A stretch of 64,000 bases of DNA from positions 127,224,001-127,288,000 of the forward strand of contig OZ024742.1 in assembly GCA_964016885.1 (NCBI GenBank). Direction: 5' to 3'. The position numbers and the translations under genes were made by a program. Source of the stretch: Eledone cirrhosa. Taxonomy: Eukaryota. This document shows positions 39,246 through 53,351 of the stretch, piece by piece (the stretch's first letter is position 1; every line of letters begins with the position of its first letter). Below the pieces are notes generated by a model. The model did no database searches. It was not told where the DNA came from and saw nothing but the letters and a program-made list of their open reading frames with translations.

Positions 39246-42200
39246 CGACGGAGGTAGACATGTATTAACGAGCTCTGCGTTTTACATTGGATTTACCTTG
39301 TAAAGAGTGAGTTTTGGGATTTATTTTTCTATTGTGATACACTTTAACCCCACGTTTGGGCCTGCAGACTTTGGGGTTATTATTATTTTCGCCCCTTTTT
39401 GGGGTGAAATTTTTCTTCTTTACAATTTTGCGAACTCAGCTTGTAGTAATGGACGGCATTAATACAAGTCATGGTGCCACACTCCCCAAAGAAAAAAATC
39501 TTCGAGGAAAGATGAAAGCACAAAGTGCCCAGCTTCTCCCCTCCCTTTAACGAAAAACGTTAATAAGGAACAACAGACAACAACCAAAAATACAAAACTT
39601 GGAAATAATACCAGCAACGGAAAAATTATCAATACCAATACGAACACCAAAGTGAACAGCGACAACAACAACAATAACAAGAAAGACAACGACAACAAAA
39701 TTTCCTTTGCGGAAACTGTAAAAAAAACACAAGTGTTCCTACCTTTGGATTTAACCAACGCAAAGCAAAAGTTTGAAGAAGCAAAAAGGTATGTGACTTT
39801 CGAACCCGATGGTTCATTCAGTATAAATTCCCCAGACGAAATAAAAAGAGAAATTGCCACGGTGGTGTTCAGGACAATCTCCAATGCTACAAAAAAACCA
39901 GTACAACCGTCTCAGAGTGAGATAGAGCTGGTTTTAAGGAACCAAATGGAAAGCATTTTGTTTATTCAAAAAGGCAAACTCTTCGGTAGCATCTCGGTGC
40001 TTATGAAGGATCAAGAAACGGCGCAAAAACATTCTATTGCGCCCATTGTATCCCACTTCACCGTTTTCCCGTCTTACATGGGAATAAGGTCTCAAAAAAT
40101 AAAATTCAGTTGCATAAGACCCAAAGTAGACACTTGGTGGCTACTTTGTGGCGTTTTAGACCTTGACCAAAACATTGTAATCTCAGGTGGAAAGTCCCCC
40201 AGGGAGGTCTTTAGTGGGACCAGCGTAGAACTTCTGGTGCAGATGAGCCCAGAAAGGATAGAATACACTTAGCTGGAGAGACCTACATAAATATTTCAGT
40301 TGGTGCAGGGTAGGCGACCCGCGTGTTACCACTGCGCAAGCAGAGGTCACCTGAGGGCTGCCTGCCCTCAACTGATAAAAAGGAAACTATTATTACAAAC
40401 ACCACAAACAATAACACCACCACAACCACCACAACAACAACATCAACAACAACAGCTCAAGAAAACAACACAAAACACGGACCCACCCAGCCCCTCCCAA
40501 CAGAACACAAATACAAAAACACACACAGTGCAAACACAACCTGGTAATATACCCCTCCCCTCCAATACGGAAGAGGAGCTCATATCCTCGGAAGACGAGG
40601 GGGCTCCCTTCCAAAAAGTCAAAAGAAAAAAATGTATACACACCACACGCACACAAACAAAAATAACCCTACCTGACAACACAACACATACAACAAAACG
40701 CAAGCACACTCAAGAACAACAAACAAAAACAAACACTCATAACAACACAAAAACTCTACACATACATAAACAAAAACAATAAAAACTTAGTAGACAAAAT
40801 AAACAATAACCCTTCGGTACAAACCGAAGGGCCGAATTTTACAATGGCAACGGGACTCCCTAATCTTAAAATGGTGAAGGTCCCACTTGACATTTTTAAA
40901 ACATTGAAAAACATTTACCCTGAGGACGTGAGGCCACCCTGCACCAGGCCACTCAACCGCGTCCTCCTGAAAGGTTTTCCCCTCCCCTCCTCAAACACCC
41001 ACACAATTCCAAACACTCCAACCCCTCCACACACTAATACCCCCCCCCCCCCCCACCCCCAACAACCCCTCCACCACCCCCATGGAAACTGAACAGCCCG
41101 GACCCCGGGACGCAGAGAGGTAAGTGCCTCTCTCTTTACCACCAACATGGCTGTGTTAAGAGTAGGTTGTCTAAATGCGCGTGGTCTGGGCTTACCTTGG
41201 AAGCAAGCTAAACTTCTAAATGACCTCAGGTCACGATGTATAAATGTGATGGTTATTTGCGAGGCCCGGATCAGCAGCGTGCGACAACTAGCCCCTACCT
41301 TTGATGACTTTGTGATGCACGCATCTCTCTGTCAGCCCGGAGGTGGGGGTGGGGTTGTCGTTCTACTGCAAAAACATCTGGGTCTGCCTACACAGACGGT
41401 ACACTTGGACCCGGAGGGTCGACTAGTGGTTCTGGACCTTGGCAGTGGTGAAGGCGAAGCTTTTAGGCTGGTCGCCGTTTACGCCCCTTGTGGGGAAATG
41501 CGGCCGGACTTCTTCCATCGTCTGGAGACATTTCTAGAGACCTCCCGCTCCTTGCTTTTAGTGGGGGACTGGAATCGTATCCTGGATGCACGTTGGGACT
41601 ATGTAGGGGCATGTCCCGATAGAGGGGGTGTAACAACCTCAAGGGGTTAATCGGCCGATTTGACCTGGCCGATAGATATCGACTAGATTTTCCGACTGTG
41701 CCAACCTGGACTTGGAGAAACCTCAACGGTCAATCTATATCGTACCTAGATAGGTTCTTAGTTAGAATTAAGGATAGGGACTTTTTAAGTTGTCCAGAAA
41801 TGCTCATGGTTGGCTATTCAGACCACAAGTTAGTGACCTGCATAGTCTACAATGATAGAATTTATAGGCAGGGACCCGGTTACTGGAAGCTCAACTTGTC
41901 CTTACCGGCAAGTAGAGCTTACAGGGACCGGATTAGAACCTTAGTTAAGGAGCGGTTGAAGGGCGCCATCGTCAAAGCAGGTGGTGGGGCTCTCTGAAAA
42001 GAGAGATTAGAGTAGTTTCAATAGAAGTTAGTAAGGAGTTAGCGTCAGATAGAAATAGGAAGGAAAGGGAGTTGGTAGTTAATGTTGAAGAGGCAATTAG
42101 AAGCGGCAACGTGGTCAGAGTGCAAGCGTCGAGAACGGCCTTGTGCCAGTTCTTCGACGCGAAACACGAAGGCTGCGTTGTCCGAAGCAAAATACGTGCT

Positions 42201-44795
42201 CTGGGAAACGAGGTGACCAAAGCTGTTAGCTGGGCCCGCGTGACAGAAGCCAAAAGTGGGATTAGCTCCACTATCCGGTCTTTGCGAGACCAGGATGGAC
42301 GGGTGATCCTTGAATCTAAGCAAATGTGCGAGGCCTTTCAAAGGCACTTTGCTCGATTATTAGGGAGGGGCGGGGGGCCGGTTGGGGATGTGGATTTCAG
42401 TCTATACCTCGACGGCCTGCCGCGTCTTTCGGACGAGGAGGCGAGGTTCTGCGACAGGCCGATCTCAGCTGCTGAAATAGGGGACGTGCTAAGCCTATGC
42501 AGCAAACGCAAATCTCCAGGCCTCGATGGTCTGCCCTACGAACTATATATTAATATGCCGGACTTGTTCCCCGATCTCCTCGAGGCGGTCTACTGGAACT
42601 GGCAACAGAACGGGAGAATTCCCTGTTCTGTGACCAAGGGCGTAATCTCGCTAGTAAGGAAGGACGAGAACAAGGGGATGACATTAGTAATTTTAGGCAC
42701 ATAACTCGCTAAATGCAGAGTTAAAGATTTTGGCCAAGGTGTTAGCAAAGATGTTGGCGCTTGTCGTGGGGGGCCTGGTGGGAGATGCGCTATCCCATCC
42801 AGGTCCATCCACGACAACTCCACCTCATGCGATACATCATAGAGATGGTTGGGAACGAACCCGGCTTTGGTGGGGCCCTGATCAATTTAGATCAGTCTAA
42901 GGCTTTCGATAGGGTGGACCATGGTTACCTGGATGCGGTGCTAGCGGCGGCTGGTTTCGGACCCGTTTTCAGGGGCTGGATCACTGCCATGCATAGAAGC
43001 CGCATCTGCTCTAGTGTCAAGGTGAACGGCTACCTCTCGGAGCCGTTCGAAATCACCCGCTCCATCCGACAGGGTGCCCTCTCCCCTCCCTTTTGTATGT
43101 ATTGGCTTTCGAGCCACTACTCCGGAAGTTGGAGTTGTTGCAGGGCATCCCTTTGGAACCGAGATTGCGCAAAGCGGTGTCGGCCTACGCCGATGACGTA
43201 ACAGTAATGGTGTCGACCACCTCGAAAATCGAGGCAATCGGCACCTTACTGGAGGAGTACGAAAGTTTGACAGGGGCTAAGCTGAACCGGGACAAGTCAG
43301 TCGCTTTGCAACTCGGCGAGTGGAGTGGCAAACCGATGCCGTCCGACGGTATCGTCGGACGATGGACGGAGGGTCCGATGAAGTTGCTTGGGGTCTGGTT
43401 CGAACCGGACCTCCAGGTGGAGAAAAACTGGGGTGAGTTCAGGAATAGAATGTTTGCACTGACCCAGAAGTGGGCTGAGTGCAAACTATCCCTGAAAGGT
43501 CGGGCGGAGGTGGCGAACGCTTACATAGCGTCCGTCATCTATTACCGCTTGACTGTCGTGCCTTGCCCGGGTGAGATCCTCACCAAAATGGAGCGCGCTC
43601 TCTTCCAATTCCTTTGGAAGAAGAGGGCTCCTCTGGTGAAGAGATCCATCTGCTGTCAACACCCTTTGAAAGGAGGGCTGGGGATGCTGTGGCTAAAAAT
43701 CCGTAAACACGCATTGAGGCTACGGCACCTCCAGGTCAACCGGTGTGGGCCCCGTTTGTGAGGCGAGCCTTTCCGAGGCTCCTCTTGCTCACCGAGCTGC
43801 AGTCCTGGGTGAAGCAAAGACCGAGAAAACTGGGCGACTGGCACACCGAGTGTGCCCAGGCGCTCACGGCTCTCTGGCAGGCGGACCCGGCTATCGGTGG
43901 AGACTCCACCTCGTCATTCTATAGAGGGCTGGTGGTTAGCAGGTGCGACGACGCCCTCGGAGAAACCCTAGGCATGGAGGAGGACGAATTGGCCAGCCTA
44001 TTCGGTAGGATTCGGCCCGGGACCTATGGACAACTTCCAGAAGTCCTTGGCCTGGCAGTGCTACCGAGGGGCTCTGCCCGTTCGGGATAAGCTCTACAGA
44101 CGCGGGCGCCCGGGTAGGGACCGCTCGAAAAAGATCTGTCCCAGATGCGTGCGCGACGAGGAAACAGTTGCGCCCGCATTGGTACACTGCCCGGACGTTG
44201 CCGATCTGTGGGGCTATGTCGAACGACTGCTGTCACGGGTGGGACCAATCCGGTTGACCACCGAGTCCATTGTAACGATGAAGCCGCCTCTCCCCTTCAA
44301 AAATGAAGGAGAGGCGGTCTTCCTCTGTGTAATAGCCATGGTAAAAAGGTTGTATGGTGGACGCGTCTAAAAGGGCTGAGGTCGGACACCTTTCTTTCCG
44401 GCCAACAACTAGTCCTTTTCTTCCGATACGATTTCGGAAGAAGGATCAGGATGGAGAGAGAGGTGCTCCACCCCAGCCAGTTTTATGAAAGGTGGGTGAA
44501 AGTTGCGAGAATGGCCCGTGTGAATGGGCCTTCTCTCTACCTCAGCCTGCAGGTGGAAAAGGATGGAGGAAGAAGGGAGCACCCTCTTTTTGTGCTCCCG
44601 TGGAGAAGGGTCACACATTTTTGTTCGGGTGTGTGTGTGACCCCAAAACGATCCTCCCTATTGAGGACCTTTTTATTATAATTTTATTTGTTATTACATT
44701 TTTTACTCGATTTTTATGTAAACTCCCCCCCCCCCCCATGTATGTGTCCCTTCCTTTTGTGCCCTCGTGGCAAATAAACAGAAATTTGTCTGTCT
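39246..44795 (+). mobile_element. Degenerate full-length Tx1/L1-type LINE (subfamily C)
   Basis: Broken ORF1 (CYHCASRGHLRAAC) and a frameshifted ORF2 from 41147 (GDWN, SDHK, KAFDRVDH, AYADD, CPRC). Both flanks are (TGTC)n. Confidence 0.92.
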
Positions 44796-44849
44796 GTTAT
44801 CCCTTTCTCTTAATTTCGAGTATATTTTTTTGACCGGTCACCTTCCTGG

Positions 44850-45250
44850 TGGCAAGGTTGTAAAAGAAAAGAAATTGTCATCCCTTGAATCGCAAGAATG
44901 TTTTGCAAATTTTGAAGATGCCAGCTATCGCAGCCATTTGTAGACTATGAATTAAGGAGCGGCTCTCTTTGTCCGCAAATCCAAGTTCAGTCATACTTTG
45001 GTCCAAGCAGGTTGGTATATAACCCGTAGCTCCAATAATGATGGTTATGAAGCTAAAGGTGTATCTTGGATACTGGATTTGTAAACTCCTCATCAATGGT
45101 TCGTAGATGTCCTCCTTCTCCTGTATTTTTCTGACAACGTTTACATCAAGTGGGCAGCTGATCTCTACAACAGAACACATTTTCAATGTGTGGTCCCAAA
45201 CAACAATATCAGGCCGATTGTGCTTTAATTTGGTGGCAGTTTTTATTTCA
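44850..45250 (-). mobile_element. R4/Dong-like LINE 3' fragment (RLE domain), diverged family
   Basis: HNRPDIVVWD..CSVVEISCPLDVNV..IIIGATGY..KICKTFL. Confidence 0.75.
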
Positions 45251-45277
45251 TGTGTGTTTGTGTGTGTGTGTGTGTGT

Positions 45278-45310
<33 letters not shown>

Positions 45311-45311
<1 letters not shown>

Positions 45312-47591
45312 TCTTATGGTTTTATAATTTCACAAAGTTTTACCAATAGAGAGAGAGTCGGTTTCTAACATAGACACAAGACACTCTCATTGGAATTTAC
45401 ACAACATCAACTAGGTAGATATGTATGTATGCATGCATGTGTAGATATGGATGTTATAGTATTTGTGGATGTGTATATTTTTAGTTGTGTGTGTGCATGT
45501 GTATATGCTTTGCATCTGTATATGTGTATATGCAGTTATTAGATGCAACATTTTGGGAATGTTTTACATATTTTTACTGTTCCATTAATGGATTGTACTT
45601 GTAATTTCCTAACTAGTTGTGTTTTTTCTGTTCCTGTGAAGCCTAGCTTCTCAAGATTTGTATTGAGGCAGTTACTAACATATCCCAGTGCCCCAATAAT
45701 CACAGGCATAAATCTGAAGGTGTAATGAGGGTGGAGTATCTGCAGATTTCTCATCAGTTCTGCATAAATGTTCTCCTTTTCACTAATCTTTGATATTATA
45801 TTGGCATCTGATGGGCAGCTAATTTTCACTACTGTGCATGCTTTCTTCTCCCTGTCCCATATCATAATATCTGGTCTGTTATGCCTGCATTTTATTGTGG
45901 TTTTTACTGGAACATTCCACCAGTACTCTTTCATATTATGTACATGGATGTCTTCCACATTGCTGTAGCTTTTAATGTGTTTATTATCGGGGCTATCTTT
46001 TTTACGAACTGCATTGTACAGTGTTTTGGCCACTACATCATGCCTCATAGGTAGATAGTACCGCGAAGACATCTTTGGACAGCTGCTGATGACATGGGTG
46101 ATATCCTCGATGTTAGTTCTGCAGAGTCTGCACTTGTTATCACATCTAGGTGTTTTGCCTGCATCCCTATCTCTTTTGTGAATCAGGTATTTCGTGCTAA
46201 TCTCCTGTTCCTGGATCGCAATGCGTATCCTTCAAAGTGGGAGCCAATATAGCGGTTGTTGGTCCAAGATAGACTACTTTCCTTATCTATATTACTCTCA
46301 CTCTGGAGCTTGCTGGCAACATATCCATGCATGATTTTTTGCTGATAGGCATGCAGTTTTTCATCCATGGATTCACTGCGATACTGCTGAGCGACATCCC
46401 TGGGTGTGAGTTTTTGATTATCACACAGGGAATATCTCTCGAGGAATTACTTCCCAACTCTCATGATCTTATCTGTTTCATGCAGATAGACTTGCTCGAG
46501 AAACGGGCTCCTACGCTTCGAGGTTCGTAGATGTTGTCGGAAAGATATGATGCGATATTCAAATGTTGTCTGAACTGATGTTAGGCCTCTACCTCCCTGC
46601 TTACGTTGCAAGTAAAGGCGGTCTATGTCACTGTTGATGTGGAAGTTTCCGGTGTTGTTTAGTATTTTTCGAGTTCTAACATCAACTGCTCGGATTTCGT
46701 CGATCTTCCAATTCAGTATTCCAAACGTTGGTATTAGGACAGGCACAGCAAACACATTGTGAGCCACTGTTTTGTTTTGCGCAGAGAGTTCCGATGACCA
46801 GATCTTTCTTAATTGGGTGTAGCATTCCCAGGTTACGCGTTCTTTATTACAGATACCATTATAGGATATGTTCTCATCTATCCCCAGGTATCTGTAGCAG
46901 TCCTCATCAGATATCGGTAAAACAGTTAGGCCATTGATGACAATGTTGCTAGATTGGGTTGTTGTTTTTCCCCGCTTTACAGTCATGTATGAGCATTTAT
47001 CTTGGCCAAACTCCATTCCTATATCCTTTGAGAACGTTGTAACCAGGTCAAGATTTTTCTTCATCCATGTTCTTGGCATAAGTTTCAGATCGTCCACAAA
47101 TAAATTATGGGTTAGGTTCGTATTTCTGTCCTCCTGTGAGCCAATGATGTATCCCTCACATTTCTTGAGCAGAAAGGAGAAGGGGTTTAATGACAAGATG
47201 AATAATATCACAGAGAGACTGTCCCCCTGAAATATACCTCTGTAATATTTTATTTTATCAGTGAAAATAGAGTCCTCCCTCTGTCTTTAACCTTAGGATA
47301 GTAGCCCAAGAAGAAGACAGCCTCTCTATGGTTCTGACAATAATGTCTGGGACTTTAGCAAGTTGGAGGGCCTCTATCATCCAAGAGTGGGGAACAGAAT
47401 CGAAAGCTTTCCTGTAGTCCAGCCAGACTGTAGCCATATTCCTCCTAAGTTGTCGCACCTCCGACATCGCAGTTTTGTTGATTAGGCGTTGTTCAGCACA
47501 TCCCCAAACCCCTTTCTTTCCAGCTGCTTGTTCATCTGTGATGATGTTATTATTTTCACAGTGATCTTGGAGGAATAGGTTCAGGCAGGCT
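45311..47591 (-). mobile_element. R4/Dong-like LINE, 5'-truncated and degenerate
   Basis: WLDYRKAFDSVPH, GIFQGDSLS, LFVDDLKL, YRYLGI, RHDVVA, HNRPDIMIWD and a 3' UTR. Near-identical to 61180-64000. Confidence 0.88.
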
Positions 47592-47630
47592 GTATGTATG
47601 TATGTATGTATGTATGTATGTATGTATGTA

Positions 47631-47948
47631 TGATGTTGACTTGTTCTTCTTTTTGGTAAATATCATCTTGGTTAAGAGAGGGGGACTGGCTTTGTGCAGT
47701 GCCTTTGCTCACTATAAAAGCTTCACGGCACAGGCATTGCTTTATATCTGGAGATCTCCCTTTACTTGTCGTCACATGGTACCATGGGCCCAGCACTATG
47801 TGTCAATAATTGTCACAAGCGTAGTGTTTGTACCAGAGTTTTCAAGTCAATGGGTGGACTAAAAAGTCACACTCGTAGGGGTTCGGTAGGGGTTCTCCTA
47901 CATGGATATAAAGTAGTGGCCGTACTCGAAAACGAGTTGGCAGCCACC
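47631..47948 (+). mobile_element. Short non-autonomous RTE-derived retroelement, copy 4 (3' half)
   Basis: Same 3' half as the other copies, flanked by (TATG)n. Confidence 0.7.
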
Positions 47949-48009
47949 ATGTATGTATGTATGTATGCATGCATGCATGCATGATAGCTTGCTTGCTTGC
48001 TTGCTTGCT

Positions 48010-48283
48010 TCTGGTTTTATAATTTCACAAATTTTTGCCAATAGGGAGAGAGTCGGTTTCTAACATAGTTACAAGTCTCTCTCATTGGAATTTACACAAC
48101 ATCAACTAGGTAGATATGTATGCATGTATGCATGTGTAGGTATGGATGTTATTGTATGTGTGGATGTGGATGTTTTGAGTTGTATGTGTGCATGTGCATA
48201 CGCTTTGTATCTGTACATGTGTATATGCAGTTATTAGATGCAAAATTTTTGGAATGTTTTACATATTTTTACTGTTCCATTAA
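48010..48283 (-). mobile_element. R4/Dong-like LINE 3' UTR fragment
   Basis: Matches 45311-45590 and 61180-61458. Confidence 0.75.
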
Positions 48284-48319
48284 TGTATGTATGTCGCGTG
48301 GTCGGCGACTAAACTAGCA

Positions 48320-51060
48320 ACCCCTCGCGGAGCACGCACCTGCAGGCGGCCAACTCCCCTCCGATAGCAGTGAGAAGGGATGTGGTCCGGGAGCCAAGAA
48401 GGCCGGAAGTCTCCACTGCAAGAGACTCTACCACAAACCTATTTAAGCTGCCTATAATTACACAGTTTGCCCTCTTCGGTTTGGCGAGCAACAGAGCCTA
48501 AGTTGGTAGCCGAACGCACCAGGTTGTCACTCTAGTTGGTGTTACAACATGTGACATCCAAGATGAGGGAACTACCCCCGCAGATGGGAAGATTGTTATG
48601 CCGTCTTGACTTTTGCCGTCCCCTTGGTCCAGCCCGACAGGCTCGATCTGGGAAGGGAAGCCTGCGCCATCCAGGCCGTGCTTTATGATCTTGTTGAGAG
48701 CAGCATGGCGTGGGAGGCAGCCAGCACTGTAACAACATGGCAGTGGGTGGAGACTGAAAGGATCCACAATTATACCACAGTGGTACTTGTGAGGCTCACA
48801 GACGCAAAGACAGAGCCTCAGGTGAACATCAATGTGCAAGCAGTCACTGTTCAGCTGAGTACCAGTCGCGAGTGAGGGAATTGTGTTAAGCCAGGCACCA
48901 CTGTAGGGTTGGGAGGCCGAGTAGAAACATGCCTGACGGTGTTGGTCGAACCGACGCACCAGCCTGAGTTCACCGAGGAAAGGAAAACAGGCTGAGCCAA
49001 TGGGACAGGAGACCGAAAACCGAGACTGCCATATTTGACGGGTAAGGTGTCCTGCTGTCATCCGGTGTCGTCAAACTAGACGTTGTATATCTGCCCGGCA
49101 ACCGTCGGATGCAGGCGTCGAGATCTTTGATGAGAGATGTTTGGCTGTAGCACGGGGCACTACAGAAGGTGTACAAGAGCTTCGTCGTGGCAAAGTAGTT
49201 CTTCAACAGAATGTCGGGTGGCGGTCAATCAGGTTCAGTCTACTAGTCATAGATTCTAGCTACCGTAGTCTGAACATGAGGGTAGAGCGAATGACAGACA
49301 GGAGGATCGGTGACCCGAGGATAAGGACCTTTTCCTTGGGGGGTCATCTGCACCTGATTGAGTGATTATTGATCCTCGACAGAGCGGGAACAACTGATTG
49401 GGGATCCTGACAGACGCTCTCTGTGAGCCCGCCTGTCGAGGCATCATCCAGGTACCAGACGTTGAGAGGAGCGATGATGCTCCGTACAACACAGTCTACC
49501 CTGAGAGCGAAGAGGAGGGGTCCAATAGATTACCCTGTTGGACGTCGGTTGAGGATGGTATTATCTTGTTCGCGGCGAGGAGCATACTCGGCTACCCTTC
49601 TGACAGGTAGGCCAGTGGGTAGACGGGCGAGGCACGGCTGAGTCAAGCGTCGAGCATGTGGTCGTGGTGCAGATAGTTGAAGGTATTTCTTATGTCAAGC
49701 GTGACGATGAGATGCCTGGAATCACTCGGCACTGTCTAGCGGCGTGGGCGACTCCCTCGCACCCACTGGCCACGCCGATCCCCAGCTGCACCAGGGTGAG
49801 TTCCTCACCTATCTCAGGTGCCCCTATCAGCTGCAGATGAGTCTCCGGAAGACGTTACCTACCGCAGTGACGCGTATTCCACCGCTTTTCTTCCTGAGAT
49901 CAGTGAGGCGGGCCGAAAAAAAGACCTCGGAAATAGGGGTCCAGGGTGCAATGAATGAATCTGTTCTTAAAGGGGCATGATGGTGCTCAGCAGGCGGCAC
50001 CGGGATTCGGCAGTGATGGAGGACACGAAGTTTTTTATGTGGCCAGTTCGAAGACCATTGGCACCTCTACTACTGATGGCAGGGAAAGCCCTTAGAACGA
50101 AGATGATGTCCACCTCGGAGGCCACGTAAAGTGGTTGGTCATGTGGGTGTATGAGTCGGAGGTCTGCAGGTGGATCGGGATATTTAAGCCAATGAGTAGC
50201 TAAGACCTCCTCGGTGGAGTAGAGGATGGTGTCGTCAGAGGCAGCCGAGACATCACTCTCGATTATTTTGGTGATTACACTGTCATGCAAACGTTTTGGA
50301 CTAGCATCAGGGGTGGAGGACTGAGGGCACATGAATGTGTGGAGTGTGGCCTGCTCAGACAGACTGGGTAAGGACATTTGCCCAAAGGTCGAGATGTTGG
50401 TCTTGCCCAGGGCTGCTGTCGATAGCCACACCGATTGGTACCAGTTGTGGAGACCGAGGGCGAGTGGAGCGAAATAAAACAATCGCTCCCAATCGCTGTG
50501 TCGATCGGTGTCTAATACTTTGCAGATGGAAGCCGTGAGGGCATCAGCCACTGACACCAGGGCTGATTTCGGGATCTTAAGGGGGATCTTCTGGAGTCGT
50601 CTGAGCTGAACGATGTTGACTGGTGAGGGCTGTGAGTCGGACAGGCATGTTGTGTCGTCTGGGGGGTGGGGGACTGCAGCTGTGCAGGTGAGGAAAAGAC
50701 GCAGCTGCTGCATCCCTACAGTGAGAGCCTGTTTGAGGCTCGACGTGCCAGGCCGACACAAGGGAGGTGATGGAAACTGTCGCATGCTGAATAGTTGCGG
50801 CCTCTCTCCCACCTATTGATGGTGGCGCATGTGCCGCAAGTAGCTCCCTGTGAGGGTGAGGGTTAGGGCAGGCAATCAGGGATTGGTGCACTCTTCAACA
50901 GTGTGGGTGTTGACATGTTGTCGTTCTAGCTGAGACACTGATTGGCATCTTGAAAGTGGGTGGGGGATGGGTTTGCGGTGGTGATGTGGTGACGCCTGTG
51001 GGTGTGTGAAGGGCAAGGTTTTGGTTAGTGTAGGAATGGACGTCATGTTTGAAAGAAAAA
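48320..51060 (-). mobile_element. Degenerate CRE-like non-LTR retrotransposon
   Basis: KIPKSA, GANGLRTGHIK, RT remnants, SGAWLNTIPS, LHPLPC, PRHAALN and LAVETSG. Related to 16680-17900. Confidence 0.8.
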
Positions 51061-51424
51061 AGAAAAGAAAATGTGGGGTGGAAACTGAAGTGTGCAAAAA
51101 TGTAATTTAAAGGCCAGCTTGACGGAATTCGTCGCAGTAATTCCACTGAACATACAACTGGGACCATCTACAAGCTGATGTATACGCTGGTGGTCGTTTT
51201 CGATATGTAGCTAGTACGTAGCATAATAATTTTAATATACCTCGCTTATTCTCTTGTTAATCCAAAACTCCATAACCAACAATTATTCTAACAGACAAAA
51301 AACAAAAATTCAGAAAATTTCCAAACAAAAAAGAAATGATGTATTTTAATGCGACCTGGTGACATAATGATACATTTCTCATATATCTTCTGGTCTCATA
51401 TCGACAGAGTTTGTATTCATTATC

Positions 51425-52311
51425 AACTAAATTATCTGCACTTTCGCCATAACATATCTTTAGTTGTGTCACATTGCCTTCTGCTTACGCATGCTTATGG
51501 TTGCTACTATTGTGTTCACGTGATCGAAGTTTGAACTTGATCGCGCCAGTTTTCTTGCTGCTGTTACAGAGTAAACATGGCCGCTCCGCTAGCAGTGTGC
51601 ACCAATGAGGAACAATGAGCAATGATCCGATTTCTCTGGTTGGAAGGTGTTTCATGGATTGAAATTCATCGGAGGCTCTTAACACAATAAGGCAACAGTG
51701 CACTACCACTTATGAGTGGATCGAGGAGTTTATAAGTGGTCGGACAGGTGTGGCGCACGAAGAAGGAGCAGGACACCCGTCAACGTCCCCCACTGACGAG
51801 AAATTTCAGTAAGCTCGAGAAGATGGTAATGGCGAACTGGCGAGTTGTTATCGATGAAGTAGCATGTTCTCTGCAGATTAGTCATGGTTCTGCCTATCAA
51901 ATCATCACCAACGACCTCAGCTTCCACAGGGTCTGTGCGAGATGGGTGCCAAGAGAGCTTACCGCAGATAACAGGCCCAAACGTGCTGAGGTCTGCCAAA
52001 GTTTACTTGACCGCTACAACAATGAAGGTGAGGATCGTTTAGTAGAATAGTCACAGGAGATGAAACGTGGGTCCATCACCATGAGCCAGAATCCAAATGA
52101 TAGACTATGGCGTGGAAACATCCTGGTGCACACTGCTAGCGGAGCGGCCATGTTCACACTGTAACGGCAGCTAGAAAATTGGCACGATCAAGCTCAAACT
52201 TGGATCACGTGACCACAGTAGTACCAACCATAAGCATGAGCAAAGAGCAGTGTGACTAATCTAAATATATGTTATGGTGAAAGTGCAGATAATATTTTAC
52301 TTACCCTCGTA
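51425..52311 (+). mobile_element. Mariner-derived element with truncated transposase and ~175-bp inverted ends
   Basis: HTH region, RVCARWVPRELT and IVTGDETWVHH. ~52125-52292 is an inverted copy of ~51431-51603, and the right end reads CCCTCG|TA. Confidence 0.85.
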
Positions 52312-52330
52312 CATACATTGATCTATTACA

Positions 52331-52692
52331 CTTATATGTTGAGAAATGTCTGGGGCTTTAGTACTAGATACTTATATGTTGAGGCATGTCTGGGGCTTTA
52401 GTACTAGATACTTATATGTTGAGGCATGTCTGGGGCTTTAGTACTAGATACTTATATGTTGAGGCATGTCTGGGGCTTTAGTACTAGATACTTATATGTT
52501 GAGGCATGTCTGGGGCTTTAGTACTAGATACTTATATGTTGAGAAATGTCTGGGGCTTTAGTACTAGATACTTATATGTTGAGGCATGTCTGGGGCTTTA
52601 GTACTAGATACTTATATGTTGAGAAATGTCTGGGGCTTTAGTACTAGATACTTATATGTTGAGGCATGTCTGGGGCTTTAGTACTAGATACT
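52331..52692. repeat. 40-bp minisatellite, 9 copies
   Basis: Unit CTTATATGTTGAG(GC/AA)ATGTCTGGGGCTTTAGTACTAGATA, with no spacers. Confidence 0.97.
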
Positions 52693-53120
52693 CATTTATA
52701 TCGTCATCACTTCTCTTTTATTTTATTTATTCATTTATTTACTTACTTATTTATTTATTCATTTATTTATTTGTTTATTTTGCATGATTCATTGCTGAAA
52801 GGAAGAGTATAAAAATAAGCATTGACTCGCAAAACGTCCTTGCAGAGAATTTTACCATATCGCAAGATTCGTGCTATATCTTTTTGTCTTTAATAGAAGG
52901 AAAATATTCTAATTTTATTGAATTATTCATGAAAGAAAAATTATTTCCTGTTTTCAACAGGCTGGTAGTCATAGATAGGTATTTGACCTGTGACGGCTTA
53001 AATATTGAAGTTAACTCGAATTTTTTAACATACAACCGAACGACGTATGAGAAACGATAAAAGTAAAATCTGAGTTGAGTTCTTCTTCAAAGTCATTAGC
53101 TTGAAAATCACTTCGGAATA

Positions 53121-53351
53121 ATGCTTTTCATTCTTAGTTTCTTTTTAGTTTGGATACCGCTCTGTAATAGCGCATCTTCAGCAGATTTATTAATTGTTGG
53201 TGCCCGTGGAGAAGATATTGCCAATGAAGTAATCGACCGAATGCAAGCAAACGGCCTTCTTCCAAACCATAAAATCTTTTTCCAAACACTAGCTGCAGTA
53301 CAGAGCAATTATGGAGTGCCTTTTATTCCGGAAAAAGGTGGTATTTGGCGG
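53121..53351 (+). CDS. Probable first coding exon of a host gene for a secreted protein (signal peptide plus start of a lysozyme/transglycosylase-like N-terminal domain)
   Basis: ATG and a hydrophobic leader MLFILSFFLVWIPLCNSA, then DLLIVGARGEDIANEVIDRM...LAAVQSNYG...GGIWR, ending at a phase-0 GTGAGA donor in non-repetitive sequence. Confidence 0.65.

Noticed and set aside
51072-51090. Solo LTR matching GTGGGGTG(A/G)AAACTGAA at ~3860
   Set aside because: The match is only ~17 bp with no extended similarity seen.
52331-52692. CRISPR array
   Set aside because: Contiguous repeats with no unique spacers, no cas genes, and a eukaryotic context.
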